In this document: piece by piece, positions 9,359 to 18,408 of the stretch | Numbering within the stretch: the first letter of the stretch is position 1 | Layout of the letters: the number at the start of each line of letters is the position of its first letter | NCBI GenBank assembly: GCA_963707635.1 | Contig: OY970173.1 | Coordinates: 224,001 to 288,000 of the forward strand | From: Candidatus Latescibacterota bacterium | GTDB taxonomy: Bacteria; Krumholzibacteriota; Krumholzibacteriia; WVZY01; JAKEHA01 | DNA: 64,000 nt | Direction: 5' to 3' | Notes under the pieces: generated by a model | What the model was told of the DNA's origin: nothing | Database searches by the model: none | What the model saw: only the letters and a program-made list of their open reading frames with translations | Translations under genes and position numbers: made by a program

Positions 9359-9769
9359 CTAGAGGTCGAAGACGGCGATGTCGGTGGCGCCGCTCTGCCG
9401 GGCCTGGTCGAGCACGTTGACAAAGGCCCCGTGGCTGACACCCGGCTCGCAGCCGACGAACACACCGCGGTCGACGCCGGCCTCGAGAAGCGGCATGAGC
9501 GCGCTCTTCAGCGCCGCGCGCGGCACCAGGTCTTGGTTCACGCGCACGTTATCCTCCGACTCGATGATGATCTCGATGCGTTCGCTCTTCTTCTCCACTT
9601 TCGCCTTGCGGCCGGTCTTGGCCGCGCCGCTCACGTCGATGCGCGACTCGAAGGCGAGCGGGGTGGCGAGAATCAGCATTACCACCAGCACGAGCGACAC
9701 GTCGATCAGCGGCGTCATGTTGACCTCGCAGTTCGGCTCCGCGTCGCGGTTCCAATGCGTGATATTCAT
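9359..9769 (-). CDS. exbD: ExbD/TolR family biopolymer transport protein (second paralog)
   Basis: VNMTPLIDVSLVLVVMLILATP; VSHGAFVNVLDQARQSG. Confidence 0.9.
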   Translation of the reverse strand: MNITHWNRDAEPNCEVNMTPLIDVSLVLVVMLILATPLAFESRIDVSGAAKTGRKAKVEKKSERIEIIIESEDNVRVNQDLVPRAALKSALMPLLEAGVDRGVFVGCEPGVSHGAFVNVLDQARQSGATDIAVFDL

Positions 9770-9776
9770 GGCCTTG

Positions 9777-10481
9777 TCAGCCAATGTTGACGGTTTCGTG
9801 CGTTCGGAGCTTCCGCGGCGCCGGCTCCTCACGCATGCGACGACCCGCACGGTCGTCGGGGTCGCCACCATCGTTGAGCGCGGTACGCAATGCACGCGCT
9901 TGATTCTCCGCGATCGTCAGCATGACGTTCATGCGGCGGACGAAGTGGTTGTACGCGATGAGCGACGGCACGGCGACCACCAGGCCCACCGCCGTCGTAA
10001 TGAGCGCCTCCGCGATGCCGCCCGCGACCACGGTGGGCGCCGCTGACCCCACCAGCGCCATGTCGTGAAATGCGCGCATGATGCCCCACACGGTGCCAAG
10101 CAACCCCACCAGCGGCGCGGTGACAGCCATCGTGCCGAGGATGTTCAGGTTGCGCTCCAGGACGAGCTTCTGTTCGGAGAGTGTGACCACCAGCCGCTCG
10201 TCGAGCTCTTCGTTGCTCTCGCCCGGCGCCGCGAGCACGACCCGCATCGTCGCGGCGGCGGGGTGCCGGGAGTGCTCGCACGTCCACATGGCCTCCTTGA
10301 TGTCGCCGCGGCGCATGCGCTGCAACACCTCGCGGGCGATGTGCGCTGTGTCTCCACGGCGCGTCCAGTAGTAGTACGCGCGCTCGATGACGACGCCGCA
10401 CGTCACCACACTGAACGCGATCAGCGCAATCAGCACCGGACTTTGGGAAGTCAGTTTGATCCAGTCGAAATTCGAGTACAT
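9777..10481 (-). CDS. exbB: MotA/TolQ/ExbB proton channel
   Basis: APLVGLLGTVWGIMRAF and GIAEALITTAVGLVVAVP motifs. Confidence 0.95.
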   Translation of the reverse strand: MYSNFDWIKLTSQSPVLIALIAFSVVTCGVVIERAYYYWTRRGDTAHIAREVLQRMRRGDIKEAMWTCEHSRHPAAATMRVVLAAPGESNEELDERLVVTLSEQKLVLERNLNILGTMAVTAPLVGLLGTVWGIMRAFHDMALVGSAAPTVVAGGIAEALITTAVGLVVAVPSLIAYNHFVRRMNVMLTIAENQARALRTALNDGGDPDDRAGRRMREEPAPRKLRTHETVNIG

Positions 10482-10499
10482 GCGGGCTCTCCTTGTGGG

Positions 10500-13400
10500 T
10501 TACTGCGTCGCACGCTGCGGCGCACCGGACTGGAGCTCGCTCGCGCGCTCTTTCGCGGCGACCACGATCTCCGGATCGGTGGCGTTCTTGACGAGGTCGC
10601 GATAAGCGGCCAGCGCCTTCGGGTAGTCCTTGATCTTCTCGTAAAGGGCGGCGCTGTGCGCGATAGCGGAAAGCCGGTACGTGTCGGCTTTCTGGCTGTA
10701 GTTTGCCGCGAGGGCGTAGGCGGCGATCGCCCCCCGTTCGTCACCCAACTTCTCGCGGCAAAGCCCCAGTCGATAACGGATCTCGACCAGCGTCGCGCCC
10801 GGCATCTTGTGCTCGAGCGCGCGGCTGTATTCGCCGGCGGCTTCCTTGAAGCGGCCCGCGTCTTCGTGGATGATGCCGAGCTGCTGCGCCACTTCGCCGC
10901 TGCGCTCGTCGCGCGGGTGCTCCGTGCGGTACGCCGCCAGCATCTCGCTTGCCTGCTCGGGCTCGCCGAGCATGCGGTGGCAGAGCGCCAGGTTGTACTG
11001 CGCCGCCGTCTTCACTTCCGGCGCGGTCGAGTCCGCGAGCACGGCGGTGAAGTCCAGCGCGGCGCGCATGTAGTCACCTTCCGCGAAGCGCGCGGCGCCG
11101 AGCTGCAATTGCACGGAGCCGCGGTACTCGCTCTGCGGGAAGAACGATACAAACTGTTCGCAGGCTGCGCGCGCTTCCGGAGTCTTCCCGGCGCGCGTGT
11201 ACGAATCGGCCATCAGGTAGTGCGCGCGATCGGCCGCTGCGTACGAAGGGAACTGGCTCACCACGCGGCGAAACGCCTCCGCGGCGGCCTCGTAGTCCTT
11301 CGCCTGGTAGCGGCGCAGCGCAATCTCGAACTGTGCCTGCGCGGCAAACGAGCTGCCCGGATACTTCTCGACGAGCTGCGCGAGTGTGGCTTCGCCGTCG
11401 GCGCCCTGGCCGAGCTGGTAGAGCGCCTGCTCGAGGCCTTTCTTCGCGTCGGCGACCACCGCGTGGTCGGGGAAGCGCGCGATCACTTCCGAGTACGATT
11501 CCACGGCCTGCGGGTAGCGCGCCGCGTTGTAATCGCACTGCGCCATGCGCAGAAGCCCCACGGCAGCGCCGCTGCTCTCGCCGAAGTTCGTGAGCAGTCC
11601 TTCGTAGCAGCGACGCGCCTTGTCGTAGTGGCCGGTCAGGAAGTAGACATCGCCTGCGCGCGTCCACGCCCTCTCGGCGATGGCTGACGCGGGATCGATG
11701 CGCGCTGCTTCGTCCCAGCGATCCACCGCATCGCCGGTCTGGCCAAGACGCTGGTAGCACATGCCGGCCTGGTAAAGAGCGAGCGCGCGGTCCGGATGGT
11801 TCGGGAAATCCCGGAGGAACGCTTCGTACGTGCGCGCCGCGCTCTTGTAGTTCTTTTCGTTGAACAGAATGTGACCCTTGTTGAGGTACGCCGTGCTCAT
11901 GTCCTCGACATGACCGGTCGCGCCGTAGCGCGCGAGCATCTTGTCCTGCGTCTGCATGGCGAGGTCGAGTTTGCCTTCCTGCGCGTACGACCATGCGAGC
12001 AGCCGGTGCGCGGGCACACCGACGGCCTGGCCGCCGAACTCGGCGATGAGCTGCTGCAGCACCTCCTGGGCCTCGGTTTGACGACCCTGCGCCGCGAGTG
12101 CATCGGCATCGATCAGGAGCGCATCCGCGCGCCACGGCGACTTGCTCGGCGGCATGCGCTTGAGCATCAGGTGGGGAACACCGGACAACAGTCCGAGATT
12201 ACCCGCGCGGTGGTACGACAGCTCGAGCAGGCACAAGGACGCTTCCACGAGCTCCTGTCGCTCGGGTGTCGCGAATTCGATGGTGCCTTCGCCCTTGTCC
12301 TGCGCGTAGCGGTCGAGCACCAGACGGAAGTAGGGCACCGCGGCCATGGGCTTGTCCTGCGCCAGCATGCCGGTGCCCGCGAGGTATGCCGCGGCCGGCG
12401 CCTCGCGCGAGGTGGGATAACCGGAAACAACGGTTTGATATGCACTCGTCGCTTCGCTGTGGCGACCGAGCGCGTCGAGCGAGCGGCCGACGCGGTACTG
12501 CGCGAGTGAGGCCAGCGAATGCTGGAAGTAGCGCGTGAGCACTTTGTTGAATTCGACAATGGCCGCTTCGTACTGCTTGTCCTGGAATAGCACTTCGCCC
12601 AGCACGGCCTGCGAGCGCGCGGCGACGTTCGTGCCGTCGTACTCGGATGTCACCGCGCGCAGCGCATCGGTGCCGCCCTGGGTGTCGCCGGCAAGATACG
12701 TGGCTGCCGCGCCGCGCACCCTGGCTTCCGCCTGGATCGACGGATCAACCGCCTTGGTGGACACGAGCGCGAACTCTTCCATCGCGCTCTTGTACGAGCC
12801 GCTCTTCATGAACACGTTGGCCTTCGCGAGCATGGCGACGTCGGAGAGGCGCGCGTCATGATAGCGGTCGACCACTTCCTGGTAGCGCGCGGCCGCCTGC
12901 AGCGGTCTCTTCGTCGCTTCGTCGGTGAGCGCACGCAGATAGATACACGCCGCGTCGAGGGGCGAGCCGCTGGGAAGGACGCTCACGTCGGCGTACCGCC
13001 CCTCGAGAAACGCGGCCGTGGAGAGAGCCAGCGCAAAACGCGGGTCGCGCACGATCCACGGGAAACGCGTGCGCGCTTCCTTGAGCGTGCCGTTGGCGAG
13101 ACCCAGGCTGTCGGCCCGGATCGCCCCCCACGCGCGCGCGAGCAATGCGTCTGATACAGCGGTGGAACGGCCGTGGGTGTTGAACCACTGCGCCCATTCC
13201 TTGTCCGCCTGCGCGGCACGGCCGCTGGCCTGCTGCGACTGAATCGCGCCGAGGCTCGCGTCGGCCGCGAGCGGGGTGTCCTTCGATTCCTTCGCGGCGG
13301 ACTTGAACGCCTGCGCGGCGTCGTCGTAGCGGCCGTTGGCAAAGCGGATCTCACCGCAGAGAAAATACGCTGCTGCCTTTTCCTCGCCGCCGAGGTTGCC

Positions 13401-13589
13401 GATGAGCGCGTTCACGCGCGCATCCAGGTCGTTGAGGGTTTCGCTGCGCTCGATGGCGGCAAGCCGGTTCGCCTTCTCGAACGCCATCCCGAGGCCCGCA
13501 AGCTGTGATTTCGTGTCCGTGCTCGCCGCGCTCGCAACACCCGTCGCGAGAGCCACCATCGCCGCTGTAATGAAGCTGGTTCTGTGCAT
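10500..13589 (-). CDS. Large periplasmic tetratricopeptide-repeat protein (YbgF/BamD-like TPRs)
   Basis: Signal peptide; ~1000 aa of TPRs of the A..Y..VI..FP.S..A..A.Y..G type. Confidence 0.9.
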   Translation of the reverse strand: MHRTSFITAAMVALATGVASAASTDTKSQLAGLGMAFEKANRLAAIERSETLNDLDARVNALIGNLGGEEKAAAYFLCGEIRFANGRYDDAAQAFKSAAKESKDTPLAADASLGAIQSQQASGRAAQADKEWAQWFNTHGRSTAVSDALLARAWGAIRADSLGLANGTLKEARTRFPWIVRDPRFALALSTAAFLEGRYADVSVLPSGSPLDAACIYLRALTDEATKRPLQAAARYQEVVDRYHDARLSDVAMLAKANVFMKSGSYKSAMEEFALVSTKAVDPSIQAEARVRGAAATYLAGDTQGGTDALRAVTSEYDGTNVAARSQAVLGEVLFQDKQYEAAIVEFNKVLTRYFQHSLASLAQYRVGRSLDALGRHSEATSAYQTVVSGYPTSREAPAAAYLAGTGMLAQDKPMAAVPYFRLVLDRYAQDKGEGTIEFATPERQELVEASLCLLELSYHRAGNLGLLSGVPHLMLKRMPPSKSPWRADALLIDADALAAQGRQTEAQEVLQQLIAEFGGQAVGVPAHRLLAWSYAQEGKLDLAMQTQDKMLARYGATGHVEDMSTAYLNKGHILFNEKNYKSAARTYEAFLRDFPNHPDRALALYQAGMCYQRLGQTGDAVDRWDEAARIDPASAIAERAWTRAGDVYFLTGHYDKARRCYEGLLTNFGESSGAAVGLLRMAQCDYNAARYPQAVESYSEVIARFPDHAVVADAKKGLEQALYQLGQGADGEATLAQLVEKYPGSSFAAQAQFEIALRRYQAKDYEAAAEAFRRVVSQFPSYAAADRAHYLMADSYTRAGKTPEARAACEQFVSFFPQSEYRGSVQLQLGAARFAEGDYMRAALDFTAVLADSTAPEVKTAAQYNLALCHRMLGEPEQASEMLAAYRTEHPRDERSGEVAQQLGIIHEDAGRFKEAAGEYSRALEHKMPGATLVEIRYRLGLCREKLGDERGAIAAYALAANYSQKADTYRLSAIAHSAALYEKIKDYPKALAAYRDLVKNATDPEIVVAAKERASELQSGAPQRATQ

Positions 13590-13596
13590 AGGGATG

Positions 13597-14868
13597 CTAC
13601 TCCACGATAACCGGCACGCCGCCCTGCGGACCCGACGTGGTGATTTCGACCTTGTGCTCCTCGGCGCGGAGCGTACGGCCCTCTTCGTCGGTGACCACGA
13701 GGCGGTAGATGTAGAAGCCGTCCGGCAAGGTCATGCCGTTTTCGTCCTTGCCGTCCCACATCACGTGTGCGGGCGGAACCCCGGCGCCGCCGAACGTGCG
13801 CACGATCTGGTTGTGCTTGTCGACGATGTCGAGCTGCCACTGCTTGGTCTCCGCCTTGGTGCGCGCCTTGATGTTGAACTTGGTGACGGAGTTCTCGCCG
13901 ATCGGCGAGAAGACTTCTGGCGTCGCGTACGAGTTCGCGAAGAAGCCGCCGAACTTGTACGACACGGCAAGATAGTGCACGAGTCCGAGCTCGTGGTCGT
14001 TCATGCCGTAGTCGAACTGCATCGTCTGGTTGAGCCGATAGCTGAAGCCTCCCGCCGGTTCGTCGAAGGCGTATCCGGCGCGCAGGCCGAATGTGTCCTG
14101 GAACCACACTTCGGTGCCGGCGTGAAACGTCGTGCCTGGCCCTTCACGATGGTCCGCTTCGAGCGAAAGAAGTCCGCGCCCGTTGAGGAACGCGAAGGCG
14201 ACCCCGCCGCGCACTTCGAGCGGGTAGGTCTCCTTGACGTCGCGCGGCTGGAGCGACGGTCCGCCCAGATTCAGGAGCGAAACGCCGACGCGGAGCCGCG
14301 GCGTCACACTGTAGAGACCGCCGACGTCGGCTCCCACACCGGTCGAGGTGAAATCTTCGACCTGCTGGCGCACGATCTTGAGGTTGGTGCCGAGCGAAAG
14401 GCGCGGCGTCACGCTCTTCGCGGCGCTGATGAGGAAGGCCATATCGCTCTGCTTGAACGTGCCCAGCGATTCGTTGATATCGCTGGTGCGCTCGAAGTCA
14501 CCCGAGCTCAGCGACAGCATCGTGAATCCGAGCGACGGCAGTCGTCCGGACGGCATCACGAAGCTCAAACCGTTGATCGACGTGTCTTCGAAGTAACGCG
14601 CGGTTTCGAAGTGCGCTTCGTTTTGAAGCGACTGGGTGAGACCGGCCGGGTTCCACACCACGCCGAGCGCATCATCGGCGGTGGCGACGAAAGCGCCGCC
14701 CAGGCCGATCGAGCGCGCCGAAGCGTAGCGGGAGAGCCAGTCGCCGGGCACCCCGGCGGCGGCTTCCTCGGCGCGCGCATTGCTGCTCACGAGCGTGAGC
14801 GAGGCACACGCAGCGCCGCCCGCGACGATGAATCTAAGCATTGAACGAATCCGTTTGATGCAATGCAT
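13597..14868 (-). CDS. PorV/PorQ (FadL-like) family outer-membrane beta-barrel fused to a C-terminal FlgD-like Ig domain
   Basis: ARSIGLGGAFVATADDALGVVWNPAGL N-terminal signature; amphipathic beta-strands; C-terminal VFSPIGE..WQLDIVDKHNQIVRTF..WDGKDENG..PDGFYIYRL. Confidence 0.85.
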   Translation of the reverse strand: MHCIKRIRSMLRFIVAGGAACASLTLVSSNARAEEAAAGVPGDWLSRYASARSIGLGGAFVATADDALGVVWNPAGLTQSLQNEAHFETARYFEDTSINGLSFVMPSGRLPSLGFTMLSLSSGDFERTSDINESLGTFKQSDMAFLISAAKSVTPRLSLGTNLKIVRQQVEDFTSTGVGADVGGLYSVTPRLRVGVSLLNLGGPSLQPRDVKETYPLEVRGGVAFAFLNGRGLLSLEADHREGPGTTFHAGTEVWFQDTFGLRAGYAFDEPAGGFSYRLNQTMQFDYGMNDHELGLVHYLAVSYKFGGFFANSYATPEVFSPIGENSVTKFNIKARTKAETKQWQLDIVDKHNQIVRTFGGAGVPPAHVMWDGKDENGMTLPDGFYIYRLVVTDEEGRTLRAEEHKVEITTSGPQGGVPVIVE

Positions 14869-14883
14869 GTGACTGCTCCTCGC

Positions 14884-17800
14884 TTAACGCACGGCCGCGA
14901 TCTTGCGCGTCATGGTGTGAAGCGTTTCGCCCTGGCCCGCCGCTTCGATGCGAAGCACGTAACCGCCGCTCGAGACGAAATCGCCCTTTCCGTTCCTGCC
15001 GTCCCACGTGACCTGGTTGAGACCCGCGCTGCCGCCGGGCGAGCCGGGCGTGTAGGTCTTCTCGTACACGAGCCCGCCCGTGAGCGTGAAGATCCTCATC
15101 GTCACGGTGGCGTTGTCGTCGAGCTGGTAGGCGATCGTGGTCGGCGCCTCGCCCGGATGGAACGGGTTCGGGTAGTTGGTGACGAAGCCACCGGCGGCGT
15201 TCGGATCGACGAAGGCCGTCTCGATGTCGAGGTCGCCGTTGAGCGATCCCGACACGGCGCGGACGCGGCTGCGTTCCGGCGTGCGCGGACTGCGGAAGTA
15301 GCAGCGCGCGACACCGTCCTCCGTCGTGACGGAATCGATCGCCGTCAGCGAGCCGGAGCCCTGCGTCAGTGAGAACTTGACGGGCCGGTCTGGCACGCCG
15401 TTCTCGTATCCATCGATCACGCGCGCGGTGATTAGGGCGCGCTTGTTGCCGCCCACCCACCTCGGGTCACTGGAGAGCTTGATCTCCGTGGGCGCGCCCG
15501 GTGCCACCGTGATCACTTCGGACGTAGCCGGCGCGTTGCCGGCGTCGTCGCGGACAACCAGCACAATTGGCTCGGCGAAGGTGTACGTCTCCGGCATCGT
15601 GCGCTGCCCCTGCAGGAGCTGAAACTGTGTGGAGTACAACGTGCCGCGGCCGGGTGCGCGCGTGGTCGCGTGTTGCACGTCGACGGTGACGGCCGAGTTG
15701 ATCTCCTGGATGACACTGCCCGCGTCGTTGGTTATTTTCACGGTGAGCGTGAACTGTTCTCCGGCCTGCACGCTGAGCGGCGCTACAACGGCTTCCAGGT
15801 GGAAACCGCTCGAGATCGTGCGCACCTGCGTCGTGCTGGTCGGCATGCTCGGCCGCGTCACGTTGGACGCGGTGATCTGCTGAAAACCGCCGGTCGAAAG
15901 GCGCACGCTCATCTGCGCGACGCCGTCGACCATCGCCTGGTTGGGCGGGAGCTGCGCGAGCGGGTCATTCGACGTCAGATGAATGAGGTCGGTGGCACCG
16001 CCCACCGGGTTGTACCACTGGTCGGTCGCCTGCACGGTGACCACGAAGGAGTAATTGATCGACTGGTCGGTCGCGGTGCCCGTACGTCCTTCCGGCGTTC
16101 CCGGCGCGATCGACTCGCCCGGGCAGAGCACCACGATGCGCGAGTACGGACCGCCGATGATGCGAATCTGCGTCGACGTGTGGCCGTTCACGTTGCCGTC
16201 CGTCACATCGGTCGCGGTGACGCGTTGCATGCCCGATCGGTACATGCGGGTCGGCACGACGAGCTCGCCGTTGACGAGTGTGATCTGCGCCGGCATCTGC
16301 GCGAACGCGTCTGTCGACGACAGCGCGATGGTATGCGTATTGCCGGTGACGCGGTTGAAGTACTGGTCGCACGCGCGCACGGTCATGTTGAACTGTGCAC
16401 CCGCCTGCTGGTCGGTCGGCGTGCCCGTGAATCCGCTCGCGGTTCCGCCCGCCGCCGTCATGCCGGGATAGAGAATCAGCAGTTTCGCAACCGGACCCGG
16501 ATTGACGACGAAGTTGTTGCTCATGCCGGTGTGCGGAGGCGCGGAGAAATCCGCCACGGTGAACGACACCGCACCGCCCGCCCCCTTGAACATCATCGAG
16601 CCCTGCCACACGCCGTTGGTGAACACGATGGACTCAGGCGTGATGCTGCCCGGGCCGGTGTTGGCGATGATCAGCGCGTTGCCGTTGAATCCCGACACGG
16701 TGTTTCCGCTCTGATCGGTGGCGCGAATGCGCACGCTGACCGGTACTCCCGCCGTCTGCGGCGAGCTGATTGGATCGACGATGAAACGCTGCGCGGCATT
16801 CGCCATCACCGGAATGCCCTGCGTCGTAAAGGGCGTGATCGAACTGCGATCCCGGTCGGTCGCCGTCAGCGTCTGCGTTCCCACCGTGACGAGCGTGTAG
16901 TTGAAGCGCTCGTATCCGTTATCGAGATCGACGATGATCGTCGACGCACCCGGGTCACTCGAGGTGATGCGGGCATCGTCCTCGCTGGGCACCGGATTGA
17001 AGTAGTTATCCGTCGCGTACACGTCGACCGAGAACGGCTGGCCCGAGCTCTGTGCGGCGGGATTTCCAACATAACCGAGAAGACTGCCCGGCAATGGATC
17101 CTGGCCCGGCACGATGAGGAGAAGTTTCCGGAACGATCCGGGGTTGACGTAGAAGGGATCGCTGGTACCGTTGATCGACCCGTCGGTGTCGAGGTAGGCA
17201 TAAATGTTCACGTTGCCGCGACTTCGGTTGGTCACGTCGGCGCGATAGACCGTAACGTCGCCCGACCACACGCCACCCGACATCGTGATGACTTCCGGAT
17301 ACGCCCGGCCGACACCGTAACTCGTGAGTTCCTGCAAACTCACCTGTCCGTTGTAATTGACCAGCATGCCCCGCGGGTCCACCGCGCGGATGGTGACGTC
17401 GATCGGCTGGCCGGCATACTGCTCGCGGTGCCTGATGCTCGAGAAGGTGAAGCCCTGGAGCAGCATCGACGTGACGGGTGCCGAGATCGCGTTCGCAATG
17501 GTCGGGTCGGAATTGTCATCCGCGGTAAACGTGAAGGATCCCGCGGCATTGAGCGTCGCCTGAACCGTGGAGGTTCCGCCCGAGAGCGAAAACGACGGCG
17601 GCAGCGACGCGCTCCCGTCGGTGGAAGCGAGCGTCACGGAGTTCGTCACCGCGGTCACCAGGTTCCACGAGTTGTCGCATGCGCGAACAACCATGTTGAA
17701 CGGGACGCCGACGGTCTGCGTACGCGGAGCTCCGGTCTTTCCGGTGCCCGTTCCCGGCGCGGGCGCTTCACCCGGCAACAGGATCTGGAGTTTCGTGTAG

Positions 17801-17895
17801 GACTGCGCGACGGCGATGCGCGGAGTAACCGCACCGATCGCGGCGCAGGCCATAAGGCACACGAAATACCCGAGCGTCTTGAGGGCGTGTCGCAC
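14884..17895 (-). CDS. Secreted multi-Ig-repeat surface protein with C-terminal T9SS type A/FlgD-like sorting domain
   Basis: Likely GTG start at 17895 (RBS GAGGTG); tandem Ig-like modules, invasin Big_1-like domain, then NYPNPF..IAYQL..VTMRIFTLTGGLV..WDGRNGKG..SGGYVLRI..KIAAVR. Confidence 0.85.
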   Translation of the reverse strand: MRHALKTLGYFVCLMACAAIGAVTPRIAVAQSYTKLQILLPGEAPAPGTGTGKTGAPRTQTVGVPFNMVVRACDNSWNLVTAVTNSVTLASTDGSASLPPSFSLSGGTSTVQATLNAAGSFTFTADDNSDPTIANAISAPVTSMLLQGFTFSSIRHREQYAGQPIDVTIRAVDPRGMLVNYNGQVSLQELTSYGVGRAYPEVITMSGGVWSGDVTVYRADVTNRSRGNVNIYAYLDTDGSINGTSDPFYVNPGSFRKLLLIVPGQDPLPGSLLGYVGNPAAQSSGQPFSVDVYATDNYFNPVPSEDDARITSSDPGASTIIVDLDNGYERFNYTLVTVGTQTLTATDRDRSSITPFTTQGIPVMANAAQRFIVDPISSPQTAGVPVSVRIRATDQSGNTVSGFNGNALIIANTGPGSITPESIVFTNGVWQGSMMFKGAGGAVSFTVADFSAPPHTGMSNNFVVNPGPVAKLLILYPGMTAAGGTASGFTGTPTDQQAGAQFNMTVRACDQYFNRVTGNTHTIALSSTDAFAQMPAQITLVNGELVVPTRMYRSGMQRVTATDVTDGNVNGHTSTQIRIIGGPYSRIVVLCPGESIAPGTPEGRTGTATDQSINYSFVVTVQATDQWYNPVGGATDLIHLTSNDPLAQLPPNQAMVDGVAQMSVRLSTGGFQQITASNVTRPSMPTSTTQVRTISSGFHLEAVVAPLSVQAGEQFTLTVKITNDAGSVIQEINSAVTVDVQHATTRAPGRGTLYSTQFQLLQGQRTMPETYTFAEPIVLVVRDDAGNAPATSEVITVAPGAPTEIKLSSDPRWVGGNKRALITARVIDGYENGVPDRPVKFSLTQGSGSLTAIDSVTTEDGVARCYFRSPRTPERSRVRAVSGSLNGDLDIETAFVDPNAAGGFVTNYPNPFHPGEAPTTIAYQLDDNATVTMRIFTLTGGLVYEKTYTPGSPGGSAGLNQVTWDGRNGKGDFVSSGGYVLRIEAAGQGETLHTMTRKIAAVR

Positions 17896-18408
17896 GGTAT
17901 CACCTCGCGAGCGATCAATCGGGAAGCGCGCGAATGCGCGTGACACGATCGGTCTGCTTCGTCTATCGACGGTTGTAACGGGACTTGTGTCGCTGCGAAT
18001 GCGAGCGAGATATGTGCCGGAAGCCGCCGTGTGCGGCGCGTGCGTGCGCGTGCGGGATACGTTGATCTCAGCGTACCCGCGCCGTTCTCATGATCGTGGC
18101 TTCGCGCGGCCGTTAGGCGAGGTGTCCGAAGGTCGCGCAATGCGATTTACCACGGAATCGAGATTCATGAATTGCACGACGGGCAATACCAAGAGCTGCG
18201 GGCCGCATTTCCGCTGCGGAAATGAACGGGAATCCACAAAGTACGTACTTCTATCGCCTCGAAGGGTCAGGTGCAGCGGCGAGAATGGTTCTTACTGTAG
18301 GTGGCAGCGGGTCACCACTTGCGTTTCGGATGGCGACTCGATACGATGGACGGTCGTGTGCGTCAAACCCAGCTCTAGGAGTGTTCCCTTGGCTTAAGGA
18401 GGACTCTA

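Noticed and set aside
7877..10481. Tol-Pal or standard TonB iron-uptake annotation
   Set aside because: No tolB, pal or TonB-dependent receptor in the operon; the context is PorV-like/TPR/CTD genes
18282..18293. AGAATGGTTCTT as a further att copy delimiting a third cassette
   Set aside because: Only 9/12 match and no arm motifs; too weak to call
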